From Rhodospirillales bacterium (GTDB lineage Bacteria > Pseudomonadota > Alphaproteobacteria > SP197): a stretch of DNA of 64,000 bases. Positions 32,363 to 42,765 of the stretch are shown here, piece after piece. The DNA lies in assembly GCA_014323865.1 (NCBI GenBank), contig JACONG010000006.1:89255-153254 (forward strand), given 5' to 3'. The position numbers and the translations under genes are program-made. Position 1 is the first letter of the stretch, and every line of letters begins with the position of its first letter. The notes beneath the pieces are model-generated. The model ran no database searches and was not told the DNA's origin. It saw only the letters and a list, made by a program, of their open reading frames with translations.

Positions 32363-32454
32363 GGTCGCAATCCAGAAGTTCGGCGCATGCTATGAATCGG
32401 CCTTGCATCAGCAAAATAGCATTTGATGTGTCACTGGATAAATGTGCCCGATCA

Positions 32455-33609
32455 TTATCGCGTCGTTATCATCTCCAGAATGGCGCGCGCCGCCGTGGTC
32501 GATGAGGTCTCACCTTGAGGTCGCAAGGCAGAGATTACCGCGGACATGGCCTCGCGCTGAGCCCGGGCGGGCTCGCCATCGTCGATCAGCGGATCAAGAG
32601 CCCCGAACAAGGCTTCAGGCGTACACTGATGCTGGATCAACTCCGGTGTCACCGGCCGGCCGGCGATCAGGTTCACCAACGAGATCTGTGCGATGGAGAC
32701 CATGCGCCGGACGATCTGAAAGGTGATGGGATTGGCCCGGTAGGCGATGACGTGCGGCGTACCGGCAGCTGCAAGGTCGAGTGCGACGGTTCCCGAAACG
32801 GCAAGCGCGGCATCACAGGCCGCCATGGCCGATCGCCGTTCGGCCGCTTCGACCTCCATAACGCGGAGCGGTACCGTCCAGGATGCGGTTTCCGCGCGGA
32901 CTAAGTCGGCCACGTTGGCGACGGTTGGGATGACGAGAGACAGACCGGGCCGCTCTTTTGCGATTCGCTCTGCGACCTCACCGAAGAGACCGAGATGACG
33001 GCGTATCTCCCCTGTGCGGCTGCCCGGAAGAAGAGCGAGGAGCGGACCGTCCCGCCCCCCTCTCAGGACCGTGTGCAGCTCCCTTGCACGCTCGCGTTCG
33101 ACCGGTGCATCGGCAACCGGATGGCCGACAAATACGGCATCCTGGTCCACGGCATCCCAGTAGGGTTTCTCGAACGGGAATAGCAGCAGCACGCGGTCGA
33201 TCAGGCGGGACACTTTATGTGCGCGCCTTGGCTTCCAGGCCCATACTGTTGGTGCAACATAGTAGACCAAGGGGCGTGGTGACGGCTGCAGGCGCTTCGC
33301 CAGGCGCCACGAGAAGCCTTGCGTATCGATCGTGACCACCACGGCGGGGTCGACTCGCGCCACCGCTTCGGCGGTTTCCCGCAGGCGACGCAGGATCGCA
33401 CGGGCCCGCGGCAGGACCTCGACAAGGCCCATGACAGCGAGATCCGACATTGGAAACAGGGACTCGAGCCCTTCGGCCTCCATCTCGGGGCCGCCGACAC
33501 CGCAGATGACCAGATCATCCCGTTGGGCCCGAAGCGACCGGATGAGTGCGGCACCGAGGGCATCGCCCGACGGCTCACCGGCGACCAGAAAGATTGTCGG
33601 ACTCGGCAC
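32455..33609 (-). CDS. lpxB: Lipid-A-disaccharide synthase
   Basis: IFLVAGEPSGD N-terminus. Sits in the lpx cluster. Confidence 0.9.
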   Translation of the reverse strand: MPSPTIFLVAGEPSGDALGAALIRSLRAQRDDLVICGVGGPEMEAEGLESLFPMSDLAVMGLVEVLPRARAILRRLRETAEAVARVDPAVVVTIDTQGFSWRLAKRLQPSPRPLVYYVAPTVWAWKPRRAHKVSRLIDRVLLLFPFEKPYWDAVDQDAVFVGHPVADAPVERERARELHTVLRGGRDGPLLALLPGSRTGEIRRHLGLFGEVAERIAKERPGLSLVIPTVANVADLVRAETASWTVPLRVMEVEAAERRSAMAACDAALAVSGTVALDLAAAGTPHVIAYRANPITFQIVRRMVSIAQISLVNLIAGRPVTPELIQHQCTPEALFGALDPLIDDGEPARAQREAMSAVISALRPQGETSSTTAARAILEMITTR

Positions 33610-33612
33610 TGC

Positions 33613-34443
33613 TCACGCCTCCGGAACGGCGAGACCAATCAGAAAGAGACCGCCATCGTCGACCATCTGCACCACCGCCTTGCGCTCGACGACGAGACAG
33701 TTCCCGGCTTCGACGGCAAGACCCGCAAGACCGGACTCACGACATGCGGCAATGGTGTCAGGGCCAATGGTCGGAAGATCGACACGGCGCTCCTGACCCG
33801 GCTTGGCCATCTTCACGAGCACCGGCTGCGGTCCCTCACGCTGCAACGCCTGTGTTCGCCGGATCAGGCCATCGGTGCCCTCGATCGCCTCGATCCCCAG
33901 AACGAGCCCCTGCTGGATGACGACCGACTGGCCGACATCGGCTGCGCCGGTCGTGCGCAGGACATCAATGCCACGTTGGATGTCGGCTTGCTCCTCCTCA
34001 GTCGGCGCGCGTGCCGAGACGAGACCTTCGGCGGCCAGAAAACCGCCGGCGATGCCGTCGACACCCACGACCCGGAGCCCCTCCTCCTTCTCAAGCGCCT
34101 CGACAATGGCTCCGAGAACGCTGTCATCGCCGCGGCCGAGCACACCGCGCATCAGGAATCGTGCGGCACGGGCGTCCGGCCTGATCTCGGCAAGGGAAGG
34201 CCGCCTCACCGACCCAGCGAGGACAACCTCTTCGACGCCAGCGTCACGAAACGCTTCGAGCGCCTTGCCGGCTGCGCCAAGGCGTAGCCAGACATGGGGG
34301 AACGGTTCGACGACAGCGGGATCGGCGTGTCGCTCAAGCGCCAGAACAAAGACCTCGCGCCCTTGGGACAAGGCGGTTCGGGCGAGATAGCCGGGCAGCA
34401 TGCCGCCGCCCGCCACGATGCCGAGTTTAGGCGGCATGTCCAT
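33613..34443 (-). CDS. lpxI: UDP-2,3-diacylglucosamine pyrophosphatase LpxI (DUF1009)
   Basis: KLGIVAGGGMLP N-terminus and the position between lpxA and lpxB, as in alphaproteobacteria. The start is ATG 34443 or 34437, overlapping the lpxA 3' end. Confidence 0.8.
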   Translation of the reverse strand: MDMPPKLGIVAGGGMLPGYLARTALSQGREVFVLALERHADPAVVEPFPHVWLRLGAAGKALEAFRDAGVEEVVLAGSVRRPSLAEIRPDARAARFLMRGVLGRGDDSVLGAIVEALEKEEGLRVVGVDGIAGGFLAAEGLVSARAPTEEEQADIQRGIDVLRTTGAADVGQSVVIQQGLVLGIEAIEGTDGLIRRTQALQREGPQPVLVKMAKPGQERRVDLPTIGPDTIAACRESGLAGLAVEAGNCLVVERKAVVQMVDDGGLFLIGLAVPEA

Positions 34444-35227
34444 CTTTGGGCTGGCACAGGCCGCGTGTGCTTTCGATACGCATGAACGCGAGGATTGCCT
34501 CGACCGGAGGACATGCACCGAAGACCTCGTCGACATCGTCCATCCGTTCGCCGAGCGTGCCTTCATCGGCGAACAGCAGGCGATAGGCATTGCGCATGGT
34601 GTGAATGTCGTCACGACCGAAGCCGTTGCGCTTCAGGCCTACGAGGTTGAGCCCCATGAGATGGGCGCGGTCGCCGCTAACCGAACCGAAGGGAATGACA
34701 TCCTGCTCCACACCCGACATGCCGCCCACCATGGCGTGACGGCCGATGCGGACAAACTGATGGACCGCCGACAGCCCGCCGATGATGGCGAAGTCCTCGA
34801 CCACCACATGGCCCGCTAGTGTGGCGTTGTTCGCCATGATGATGTGATCGCCGAGCATGCAGTCGTGCGCCACGTGGGCCCCGACCATGAAAAGTCCGTT
34901 GTCCCCGACACGGGTCAACAGGCCGCCGCCCTTAGTGCCCGGGTTCATGGTGACGTACTCGCGGATCGTGTTGTTCGCGCCGATCTCAAGTCTCGAAGGC
35001 TCACCCTGATACTTGAGATCCTGTGGCCTCAGGCCCAGCGACGCGAAGGGAAAGACCTGACAGCCCTCGCCAAGCGACGTCTCGCCGTCGATCACGACAT
35101 GCGACACCAGACGGACGAAGGCCCCGAGCCGGACGCCGGCACCAATCGTGCAGTATGGACCGATGGTCACATCGTCGGCGATGTCCGCGGCGGGATCGAC
35201 GACGGCGGTGGCGTGAATGTCGGGCAT
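34427..35227 (-). CDS. lpxA: Acyl-ACP--UDP-N-acetylglucosamine O-acyltransferase
   Basis: Left-handed beta-helix hexapeptide repeats. IHATAVVDP N-terminus. Confidence 0.93.
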   Translation of the reverse strand: MPDIHATAVVDPAADIADDVTIGPYCTIGAGVRLGAFVRLVSHVVIDGETSLGEGCQVFPFASLGLRPQDLKYQGEPSRLEIGANNTIREYVTMNPGTKGGGLLTRVGDNGLFMVGAHVAHDCMLGDHIIMANNATLAGHVVVEDFAIIGGLSAVHQFVRIGRHAMVGGMSGVEQDVIPFGSVSGDRAHLMGLNLVGLKRNGFGRDDIHTMRNAYRLLFADEGTLGERMDDVDEVFGACPPVEAILAFMRIESTRGLCQPKDGHAA

Positions 35228-35237
35228 GAACGGGGGG

Positions 35238-35726
35238 TCAGTTATCCAGAATCATCGCGGAATAGTTGGCGTCGGCTACGACCTGACCGTCGACCTTGGC
35301 CAAGGCCCGGAACTTCCAGACCAAACCGCGTTTCTGCTCCTTGGTGACATGCACGTTCAGCACGTCGCCCGGCGTAACCGGCTTTCTGAAGCGCGCCTTG
35401 TCGACGCCCATGAAGTAGACCAGCTTGCCCTCGAACTCGGCACCCAGGGTTTCGACCACCAGAACAGCAGCCGATTGCGCCATGGCCTCAATGATCAGTA
35501 CACCCGGCATCACCGGGTGGCGCGGAAAGTGGCCCTGAAAGTGCGGTTCGTTGATCGACACGTTCTTTATGCCGATCGCACTTTCGTCCGGCACGACATC
35601 GATCACACGATCGATCATCAGAAACGGATAACGATGAGGGATCATCTGCATCACGCGTTCGATCCCGATCACATCGACGGAACAACCAGTCTCTCCTGGG
35701 ACTGTGGTTCCAGCTTCGTCGTTCAT
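35238..35726 (-). CDS. fabZ: 3-hydroxyacyl-ACP dehydratase
   Basis: [13 protein letters not shown] and GHFP motifs. The ATG at 35726 overlaps the lpxD stop (ATGA). Confidence 0.93.
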   Translation of the reverse strand: MNDEAGTTVPGETGCSVDVIGIERVMQMIPHRYPFLMIDRVIDVVPDESAIGIKNVSINEPHFQGHFPRHPVMPGVLIIEAMAQSAAVLVVETLGAEFEGKLVYFMGVDKARFRKPVTPGDVLNVHVTKEQKRGLVWKFRALAKVDGQVVADANYSAMILDN

Positions 35727-36748
35727 GCCCCCTTGCCCTGCTTCATCAACCGACGGATGGCAGCCTGTTGACGCCAAAACTCCCTGATGGCAATGGCCGG
35801 CTGACCCAGATAGGTGCCCCCTGGTTCCAGATCGGTTGCTGCTCCCGAAAGAGCCCCGATCTTCGCCCCCGCACCAACCTTCACGTGGTTGGCTACACCG
35901 GATTTGCCGCCAATCATCGCGAAATCGCCGACATGCGCGCTGCCTGCCAGTCCGACTTGGCCCGCAAGGACCGCGCCGCGACCAACCTGTGCGTTATGGG
36001 CGATCTGGACCTGATTATCAATCATCGCACCATCGTTGATAACCGTGTCTCCGGCCGTTCCACGATCGACGGTCGAGTTCGCGCCGATTTCCACATCGTT
36101 GCCGATCAGGACTCTGCCCGTGTGAGGAATCCGGACCGCTCCGCCCGGTCCGATGGCAAAGCCAAAACCCTGCGTGCCGATCCGGGCGCCTGCGTCGATC
36201 CAGACGCGGTCGCCGATCAGGCAACACATCAGCGTGGCACCCGGGCCGATATGGCAGTCGTTGCCAACACGCACGTTGTCGCAGATCACCGCACCGTAGG
36301 AGACATGACAGCGCGCACCGAGCTCCACGCCCGGGCCGACGACCGCGCCCGCCTCAATGCGTGCGCCCTCACCCAACGTTGCGCTCGGATCAACCAAAGC
36401 CGTTTCCGCAATGCCCTGTTCAAGCGCAGCAAGCGGGTAAAACATCTGCGCTGCAAGAGCGAAGGCGAGATAGGGCCGGTCGGTGATCAAGGTGATCATC
36501 CCGTCAGGCGCGCGCGCCGCGAGATGCTGGTCGACGAAACAGGCGCCCGCATCACTCTCGGTAAACGTCACCGTGTACTTCTTGTTATCGAGAAAACTGA
36601 TGTCGTCGGCCGTGGCCGCTTCGAGCGGCGCGATGTCACTGAACATGCGGCCAGCGTCAGTACCGTCGGGCGCGCGCGCGCCTGTAACCTCCAGCACCGC
36701 AGACAGCTTGAAGGATCCCGAACGCGCGAAAAAACGAGGATCGGCCAT
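35723..36748 (-). CDS. lpxD: UDP-3-O-acylglucosamine N-acyltransferase
   Basis: Hexapeptide repeats, an MADPRFF N-terminus, and cluster context. Confidence 0.93.
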   Translation of the reverse strand: MADPRFFARSGSFKLSAVLEVTGARAPDGTDAGRMFSDIAPLEAATADDISFLDNKKYTVTFTESDAGACFVDQHLAARAPDGMITLITDRPYLAFALAAQMFYPLAALEQGIAETALVDPSATLGEGARIEAGAVVGPGVELGARCHVSYGAVICDNVRVGNDCHIGPGATLMCCLIGDRVWIDAGARIGTQGFGFAIGPGGAVRIPHTGRVLIGNDVEIGANSTVDRGTAGDTVINDGAMIDNQVQIAHNAQVGRGAVLAGQVGLAGSAHVGDFAMIGGKSGVANHVKVGAGAKIGALSGAATDLEPGGTYLGQPAIAIREFWRQQAAIRRLMKQGKGA

Positions 36749-36751
36749 GAT

Positions 36752-37303
36752 TTACTCTCCGCCGCTCAGGGTGACCGAGGGCAATACCTGGTTCAGTTCG
36801 GCCAGAACGTCATCGGTGATGTCGAGCTCGAGGTTGGCAACGATGTAGCCGGAGCGCGCCAGGACGACGTCGATGCCGCGCTGCTCGACGATCGACTTCA
36901 GGATGATCAGAACATTTTCGCGCACCGCCGCGAAGCCTTCGGCATAGGCCCGCTCGATCCCCTGCTGGCGCTCGCGCACCTCCCGCTGAAGCGCGATCAC
37001 GCTCTCTTCGAACTTCCGGCTTTCCTCTGCCAGGACCTCGGGTGCCAAGATGGTTGCCTGCTCGATCAGGGTCCGTTCACGCTCGCGGAGCGCGGCTTCC
37101 TTCTGTGCGATTTCCTCGGCGAAGCTGGCTCTGATCTGATCAATCTGGCGTTCGATCGACTGGCCCGCGAGCGACTCCTGGAGCAGGCGCTGAATGTCGA
37201 CTACGGCGATGATGGTGTCGTCCTGCGCGACCGCGTGCAGCGGAAACAGCAACGCGACCAGAAGTGACACCAAGTGCCGCGCACGCCATCGCGGCCTGGC
37301 CAT
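36752..37303 (-). CDS. OmpH/Skp-family periplasmic chaperone
   Basis: Signal peptide followed by a coiled-coil-rich sequence. Lies between bamA and lpxD. Its ATG shares one base with the bamA stop. Confidence 0.8.
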   Translation of the reverse strand: MARPRWRARHLVSLLVALLFPLHAVAQDDTIIAVVDIQRLLQESLAGQSIERQIDQIRASFAEEIAQKEAALRERERTLIEQATILAPEVLAEESRKFEESVIALQREVRERQQGIERAYAEGFAAVRENVLIILKSIVEQRGIDVVLARSGYIVANLELDITDDVLAELNQVLPSVTLSGGE

Positions 37304-39594
37304 CAGAACGCTGTCCCGAAGTTGAAGCGGAAAACTTCGGTGCGGTCGAAGTCCTCCTCGACGATCGCCAGGGCGAAGTCGAGCTGAATGGGTCCGAGCG
37401 GCGAGTTGTAAGACAGGCCGACGCCGATCGAACCGCGCGCCGAGTCCTCGTCAGCAACCGTCGGCCCGCTGTTGTCGATCTCCCACAGGCTGCCCCAGTC
37501 CGTGAACACTCGACCGAGCAGGCCGAGCTCGCGCGGAAGCCCGAGCGGGAACGTCAATTCGGCCGTCGCGGTCCAGAAGATGTTGCCGCCCAGGGCGTCA
37601 CCGGTCGACAGGTCGCGCGGGCCAATACCGGCGGGCTCGAAGCCTCGTAGACTCGAGCCACCGATGAAGAAGCGGTCGGCGATGCTGATGTCCTCACCCG
37701 CAATGCCCTGGATGATGCCGGTCTCACCGCGGATGTTGCTGGTCCAGTCGATGGCAAAGGGATGGAAGAAGGACGCGCCCAATCTGTTGCGGATGTACTT
37801 CTCCGTGCCGCCGAATCCGGCGACATCGATGCCCTGCTGGAGCAGGTATCCGTCGGTTGGATTGAAGGCATCGTCACGGCGGTCGTAGTTGAGCTGATAA
37901 CCCAGCGCTGAGGTCGTCGACGTGCCTTCCTCCTCGAGCACGAAGATCGACGCGTCGTCCTGCACATCCTCAATGGTGATCGACTGAAGCGAGTAGAAGA
38001 CAGTCTGCTCGAGGTACTCCGTCACCGGGTAGGACATCCTGAGAACACCACCCAAGTTCTCTTGCGAGAATGACGATTCGTCCTGAAGATCAAGCCTGCG
38101 AAGGAACAGGTCGATGCCGGCTTCAAGCTCGCGATCAAGAAAATAGGGCTCTGTGAATCGGAAGTCGATGGTTTGGCGACGACCGGAGAGCGAGAGGTCG
38201 AGCGTCAGCCTCTGCCCGTTGCCGAGGAGGTTTCGCTCGCGGACCGAGATGTTGAACAGAATGTTGTCGAAGGTCGAGAAACCGGCACCCAACGAGAGTT
38301 CACCGGTTGATTTCTCCTCGACCTCAACCGCAATCACAGTGGTGTCGGGCTGTGAACCTGGAATCGTATCGACCCGCACATTGCTGAAGAAGTTGAGCTC
38401 GCGGACGCGCTGCTCGCTGCGCTGGAGCCTGGCGATGCTGAAGGCGTCGCCCTCGGACATCTTGAACTCGCGACGGATGACCTCGTCGGCGGTCCTGAGA
38501 TTGCCGAAGATGTCGATCCGTTCGACGTAGAGCGGATCGGACTTGCCGATCCGGTACTCCAGATCAATCGTCAGGTTTTCGCGATCACGTTCGGCACGCG
38601 GCTGCACATCGACGAAGGAAAAGCCCATGTCGCCGAGGGCGAGCACCATCTCTTCGGTAACTTCCTCGACCTCTCTGGCGTCATACCAGTCGCCCGGGTC
38701 CATGCTCACAAGGCCGGTGACGAGTTCCGGTTCCGCATTGCGTAACTCGCTGGTGACGACAATGTCGCCAAACTCGTAGCGGGGCCCCTCCTCAATCGTG
38801 AAAGTGATGAAGAACTCCCGGCGGTCGGACGTCAGGTCGGCCACGACCGAGAGGACCCGAAAGTCGGCGAAACCCTCTGAGAGATAGAAGCGACGCAGGA
38901 GTTCCTGATCGAACGCCAGACGATCCGGGTCATAGGTGTCGTCGGCCGAGAGGAACCGATACCAGGCAGTCTCGCGGCTGACGATCCGCTCGCGCAGGGT
39001 ACCGTCAGAAAACTCCTCGTTGCCGATGAAGTTGATCTCGCGCACGACCGTCGCATCCCCCTCTTCGATCTCGAAGACAAGATCGATACGGTTCTGCTCC
39101 TGGATGATCACCTTCGGCTCGACCGTCGCGTTGAAGCGGCCATCACGCCGGTAAAGCTCCAGAATGCGCGCCACATCGTTCTGCACCTTCGTGCGCGTGT
39201 AGACCCTGCGCGGTCGCAGCTGAACTTCTACCTCAAGCTCTTCGGCGTCGAGCGAGCGGTTTCCTTCAAACGCTATGCGGTTGATGATCGGGTTCTCGAC
39301 GACCTGCACGACCAGCGCGGTTCCCTCAGGCCGGATCACGACGTCGGCGAACAAACCCGTAGCAAACAGGCTCTTGAGCGATTCGTCGATTTCGTTGACG
39401 TCGAACGTGTCGCCGACGCGCACCGTCATGTAGCTCGCGATGGTCTCGGGCTCGATACGCTGGTTGCCGACCACGACGATCTGGTCGATCAGCGACTGCG
39501 CCGTTCCGCTGGTACCCGCGAGTAGCGTTACAAGCAACATGCACAGGCCTGCTGCAGCGCGGATCATGGGCATGAGGATCAGACGTCGCGACAC
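37303..39594 (-). CDS. bamA: Outer membrane protein assembly factor BamA
   Basis: Signal peptide, POTRA repeats, a C-terminal beta-barrel and a terminal FNFGTAF. GTG at 39594; alternative ATG at 39573. Confidence 0.93.
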   Translation of the reverse strand: MSRRLILMPMIRAAAGLCMLLVTLLAGTSGTAQSLIDQIVVVGNQRIEPETIASYMTVRVGDTFDVNEIDESLKSLFATGLFADVVIRPEGTALVVQVVENPIINRIAFEGNRSLDAEELEVEVQLRPRRVYTRTKVQNDVARILELYRRDGRFNATVEPKVIIQEQNRIDLVFEIEEGDATVVREINFIGNEEFSDGTLRERIVSRETAWYRFLSADDTYDPDRLAFDQELLRRFYLSEGFADFRVLSVVADLTSDRREFFITFTIEEGPRYEFGDIVVTSELRNAEPELVTGLVSMDPGDWYDAREVEEVTEEMVLALGDMGFSFVDVQPRAERDRENLTIDLEYRIGKSDPLYVERIDIFGNLRTADEVIRREFKMSEGDAFSIARLQRSEQRVRELNFFSNVRVDTIPGSQPDTTVIAVEVEEKSTGELSLGAGFSTFDNILFNISVRERNLLGNGQRLTLDLSLSGRRQTIDFRFTEPYFLDRELEAGIDLFLRRLDLQDESSFSQENLGGVLRMSYPVTEYLEQTVFYSLQSITIEDVQDDASIFVLEEEGTSTTSALGYQLNYDRRDDAFNPTDGYLLQQGIDVAGFGGTEKYIRNRLGASFFHPFAIDWTSNIRGETGIIQGIAGEDISIADRFFIGGSSLRGFEPAGIGPRDLSTGDALGGNIFWTATAELTFPLGLPRELGLLGRVFTDWGSLWEIDNSGPTVADEDSARGSIGVGLSYNSPLGPIQLDFALAIVEEDFDRTEVFRFNFGTAF

Positions 39595-39599
39595 GGCGG

Positions 39600-40736
39600 T
39601 TAGGATACCAGATCGGTCAGGAAATCGACCACGCCGAAACGTGCGAGATCGTTGAACGTGACCAACAGGAACAAAGCCGCGACCAGACCCATACCGACAA
39701 AGAACCCGTACTCCTGCGCGCGCTCGCTCAGGGGGCGGCCGCGCAGGGCTTCGATCGTGTAGAAAACCAAGTGACCACCGTCAAGCATCGGCACGGGGAA
39801 CAGGTTGATCAGGCCCAGATTGACCGAGAGGATCGCCATGAACATCACCAGATTGGCGATGCCGTGCTCGGAGACGTCCTGTGACATGCCCGCGATCCCG
39901 AGCGGGCCAGCGAGATCACCGCTGCTCTGGGTACCGGCAAAGATCTTGCCCAGGAAATCGAAGATCCTGACACACCACTTGTAGGTCTCGGCGACACCGC
40001 CAAGCAGCGCCTCGCCGACCGGCACGTTTTCGTGGAAAACGTTGTCGGCCTGGATGCCGAGACGGCCGGTTTCACGTTCGTTGCCGAAACCATCGTCGGT
40101 CATGACCGTGTCGGGCGTAATCTCGAGCTCGATCAGCTTGCCGCCGCGATCAATCGTGAAGATCATCGGGACACCGGGGCTGGTGATGACCGCGAACTGC
40201 AATTCGTCGAAGCGGGAGACCGGTTTACCGTCGATCGCAACAATCATATCGTCGGGCATGATGCCGCCGCGCTCTGCCGCGCTGTCCACCATGACAACCG
40301 AGGCTTCGGGCAGCGTCTGGCTTTGCCCGATGAACATGAAAACGCCGGCGAACAGCACGATGGCGAGAATGAAGTTTGCGATGGGCCCGGCCAGCACAAT
40401 CAGGAACCGCTGCCAGACACGTTTCTCGGGAAAGGCGCCGGCGCGCTGCTCTTCGGTCCACTGGGATTTGGCACTGTCCGCATCAGGACCGACATCGCTC
40501 TGGCCGAACATCTTGACGTAGCCGCCCAGCGGCAGGAGCGAGATTTTCCAGCGCGTACCGGCGCGATCGGTCCAGCCAAAGATCTCTCGACCGAAGCCGA
40601 TCGAGAACACCTCGACGATGACGCCGTTGCGTCGCGCAACCCAATAGTGGCCGAACTCGTGAAAAAACACGATCACGGTTATCACGACCAGGAACGGCCA
40701 AATGCTATTGATAATGCTGTTGATGACGTCGATCAA
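39600..40736 (-). CDS. rseP: RIP zinc metalloprotease RseP
   Basis: HEFGHY (HExxH) in the first TM segment, a PDZ domain and an LDGGH motif. Confidence 0.9.
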   Translation of the reverse strand: MIDVINSIINSIWPFLVVITVIVFFHEFGHYWVARRNGVIVEVFSIGFGREIFGWTDRAGTRWKISLLPLGGYVKMFGQSDVGPDADSAKSQWTEEQRAGAFPEKRVWQRFLIVLAGPIANFILAIVLFAGVFMFIGQSQTLPEASVVMVDSAAERGGIMPDDMIVAIDGKPVSRFDELQFAVITSPGVPMIFTIDRGGKLIELEITPDTVMTDDGFGNERETGRLGIQADNVFHENVPVGEALLGGVAETYKWCVRIFDFLGKIFAGTQSSGDLAGPLGIAGMSQDVSEHGIANLVMFMAILSVNLGLINLFPVPMLDGGHLVFYTIEALRGRPLSERAQEYGFFVGMGLVAALFLLVTFNDLARFGVVDFLTDLVS

Positions 40737-40763
40737 GATCCTATCGCTTTCCCGTCACGGTCC

Positions 40764-41936
40764 TTATGTCCGTTTGCCAATGAAATCGGCCGCCATGCGT
40801 CGGGCCGCCTGATCTACAGCCACAATATCGTCGAGGCTTTCCACCGCTCCCGATCCCATCGCATCGACGGTTTCCTCGACGACGGCCACAATATCTAGAA
40901 AGCCGATGGCTGCGTCCAGAAATCCCCCCACAGCAACTTCGTTCGCCGCGTTAAGAACAACCGGCACCTGCCCCCCCTCGACAGCGGCGGCCCGCGCCAG
41001 TCTCAGCGCCGGGAATCGCTCAACATCGGGCGCTTCGAAGGACAGACGGCCGACCTTGACCAGATCGAGCCGGGGCGACGGCCCCACCATGCGATCGGGC
41101 CAAGCCAGCGTGTAGGCGATCGGCGTCCGCATGTCGGGCGAACCCAACTGGGCGAGAACGGACCCATCGACGTACTCCACCATGCTGTGGATGATCGATT
41201 CCGGGTGGATCACGATGTCCACCCTGTCAGGCCCCACCGGAAAGAGATGGCAGGCCTCGATCAGTTCCAAGCCCTTGTTCATCATCGACGCGGAATCGAC
41301 GGAGATCTTCGCGCCCATGCTCCAGTTCGGATGCGCCACGGCCTCCGCCGGAGTCGCATCGCGCATGGTCTCGTGCGAAGCCGTGCGGAACGGGCCTCCC
41401 GATGCGGTCAGGACCAGCCGGCGAACTGCCTCGATCCGTTCGAAATCGAAGACCTGATGAATTGCGTTGTGTTCGGAATCGACCGGCAGAACGGTGCTGC
41501 CCGTCCGTTCCGCCTCCTGCATGAAGATGCTGCCCGCGCAGACCAGCGCCTCCTTGTTGGCCAGCGCCACAATAGCGCCACGCCGAACCGCTTCGAGAGT
41601 CGGCGCCAGGCCTGCCGCGCCTACGATGGCAGCCATGACCCAGTCCGCCGGGCGGCAGGCCGCCTCCCGAAGCGCCGATTCACCGGAACCGCAGGCGATG
41701 CCCGTACCGTCGAGCGCGTCCTTGAGCGCATCGTGAAGATCGGGGTCGGCGATCGCAGCGAACCGGGCTCCGACATCGCGCGCAATGCGCGCCAGTCCCT
41801 TGACATTAGTGTGCGCTGTCATCGCCTCGACGGTGAAGGCACCATTCGCGCGGCGCAACAGATCGACCGTGCTTTCGCCGACCGAGCCCGTAGCGCCGAG
41901 GATCGAAACGGCTCGCGGTGCCCTGGCTTCAGCCAT
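40764..41936 (-). CDS. dxr: 1-deoxy-D-xylulose-5-phosphate reductoisomerase
   Basis: VSILGATGSVG motif. The ATG at 41936 has GGGAGG upstream. The ORF extension to 42257 was rejected. Confidence 0.93.
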   Translation of the reverse strand: MAEARAPRAVSILGATGSVGESTVDLLRRANGAFTVEAMTAHTNVKGLARIARDVGARFAAIADPDLHDALKDALDGTGIACGSGESALREAACRPADWVMAAIVGAAGLAPTLEAVRRGAIVALANKEALVCAGSIFMQEAERTGSTVLPVDSEHNAIHQVFDFERIEAVRRLVLTASGGPFRTASHETMRDATPAEAVAHPNWSMGAKISVDSASMMNKGLELIEACHLFPVGPDRVDIVIHPESIIHSMVEYVDGSVLAQLGSPDMRTPIAYTLAWPDRMVGPSPRLDLVKVGRLSFEAPDVERFPALRLARAAAVEGGQVPVVLNAANEVAVGGFLDAAIGFLDIVAVVEETVDAMGSGAVESLDDIVAVDQAARRMAADFIGKRT

Positions 41937-42765
41937 GTGTGCCTCCCGACAGGAAAGCGATGCCCGAAACGACGATGGCAAGCACAGGCGAGGCCACAAC
42001 CAAGGAGTCCAAGCGGTCCATGACACCGCCGTGGCCCGGAATGATCGAGCCCGTGTTCTTGACCCCGAAACGTCGTTTGACGCCCGATTGCACCAAGTCG
42101 CCGACCTGCCCTGCAATCGAGACGGCGACCGCAAGGGCGGCGGCCTGAGCCGCATCCGCCTGAATGAAGGTGTCGAAGACGACCCCCACAACGAGAGCGC
42201 CGAAGAGACCGCCGAAGGCACCCGACCACGTCTTTCCGGGACTGATTGAAGGCGCAAGTTTGGGACCCTTCAGCAGTTTCCCGACCGCAAACGCGCCGCT
42301 GTCGGTCGCCCAGACCACAAAGAAGAGCCACAGGATGACCTGCCAGCCGGCCTCGGCTTGGCTTATCCAGATGAGGGCAACCAGAGGGACCGTGGCATAG
42401 ACCGTGCCCGCCGCCCCCCAGAGCCCGCCTTCGCCCCGGCGCAGCATTAGGGTGAACATCGCGGTGCCCGCTGCCCCCATCACGGTAACATAAAGCGCCA
42501 GAATCAGGCCGCCCTGGTATGCCATGGCGAGCCAGGCCGCAAAAACCGAGGCCATTGAGGCCCACTTCCCCGCACTTCCGGTCAGGTCGAACCACTCGTG
42601 CGTGACCGCAAGGGCAAGGAGCAGGACACATCCGGCGAACCACCAGCCGCCAAGCGTCGCCAACGCTACACTGACCGTCGCAAGAACGACGCCCGAGAGG
42701 ACGCGAAGGCCGAGCTCGGAACCCGCCCGGTCAGGAAACCGCGACAGCACCGTATCGCCTGTCAC
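41929..42765 (-). CDS. cdsA: Phosphatidate cytidylyltransferase
   Basis: SGVKRRFGVKNTGSIIPGHGGVMDRLDS signature. The GTG at 42765 lies 10 nt after AAGGAG. Confidence 0.85.
   Translation of the reverse strand: MTGDTVLSRFPDRAGSELGLRVLSGVVLATVSVALATLGGWWFAGCVLLLALAVTHEWFDLTGSAGKWASMASVFAAWLAMAYQGGLILALYVTVMGAAGTAMFTLMLRRGEGGLWGAAGTVYATVPLVALIWISQAEAGWQVILWLFFVVWATDSGAFAVGKLLKGPKLAPSISPGKTWSGAFGGLFGALVVGVVFDTFIQADAAQAAALAVAVSIAGQVGDLVQSGVKRRFGVKNTGSIIPGHGGVMDRLDSLVVASPVLAIVVSGIAFLSGGTHG

Noticed and set aside
27914-37267. Antisense or alternate-frame ORFs 27914..29116, 31487..32395, 33319..34287 and 35768..37267
   Set aside because: They lie opposite gltX, the Rieske oxygenase, lpxI/lpxB and lpxD/ompH. 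No motifs are present, and the composition is typical of GC-rich antisense frames.
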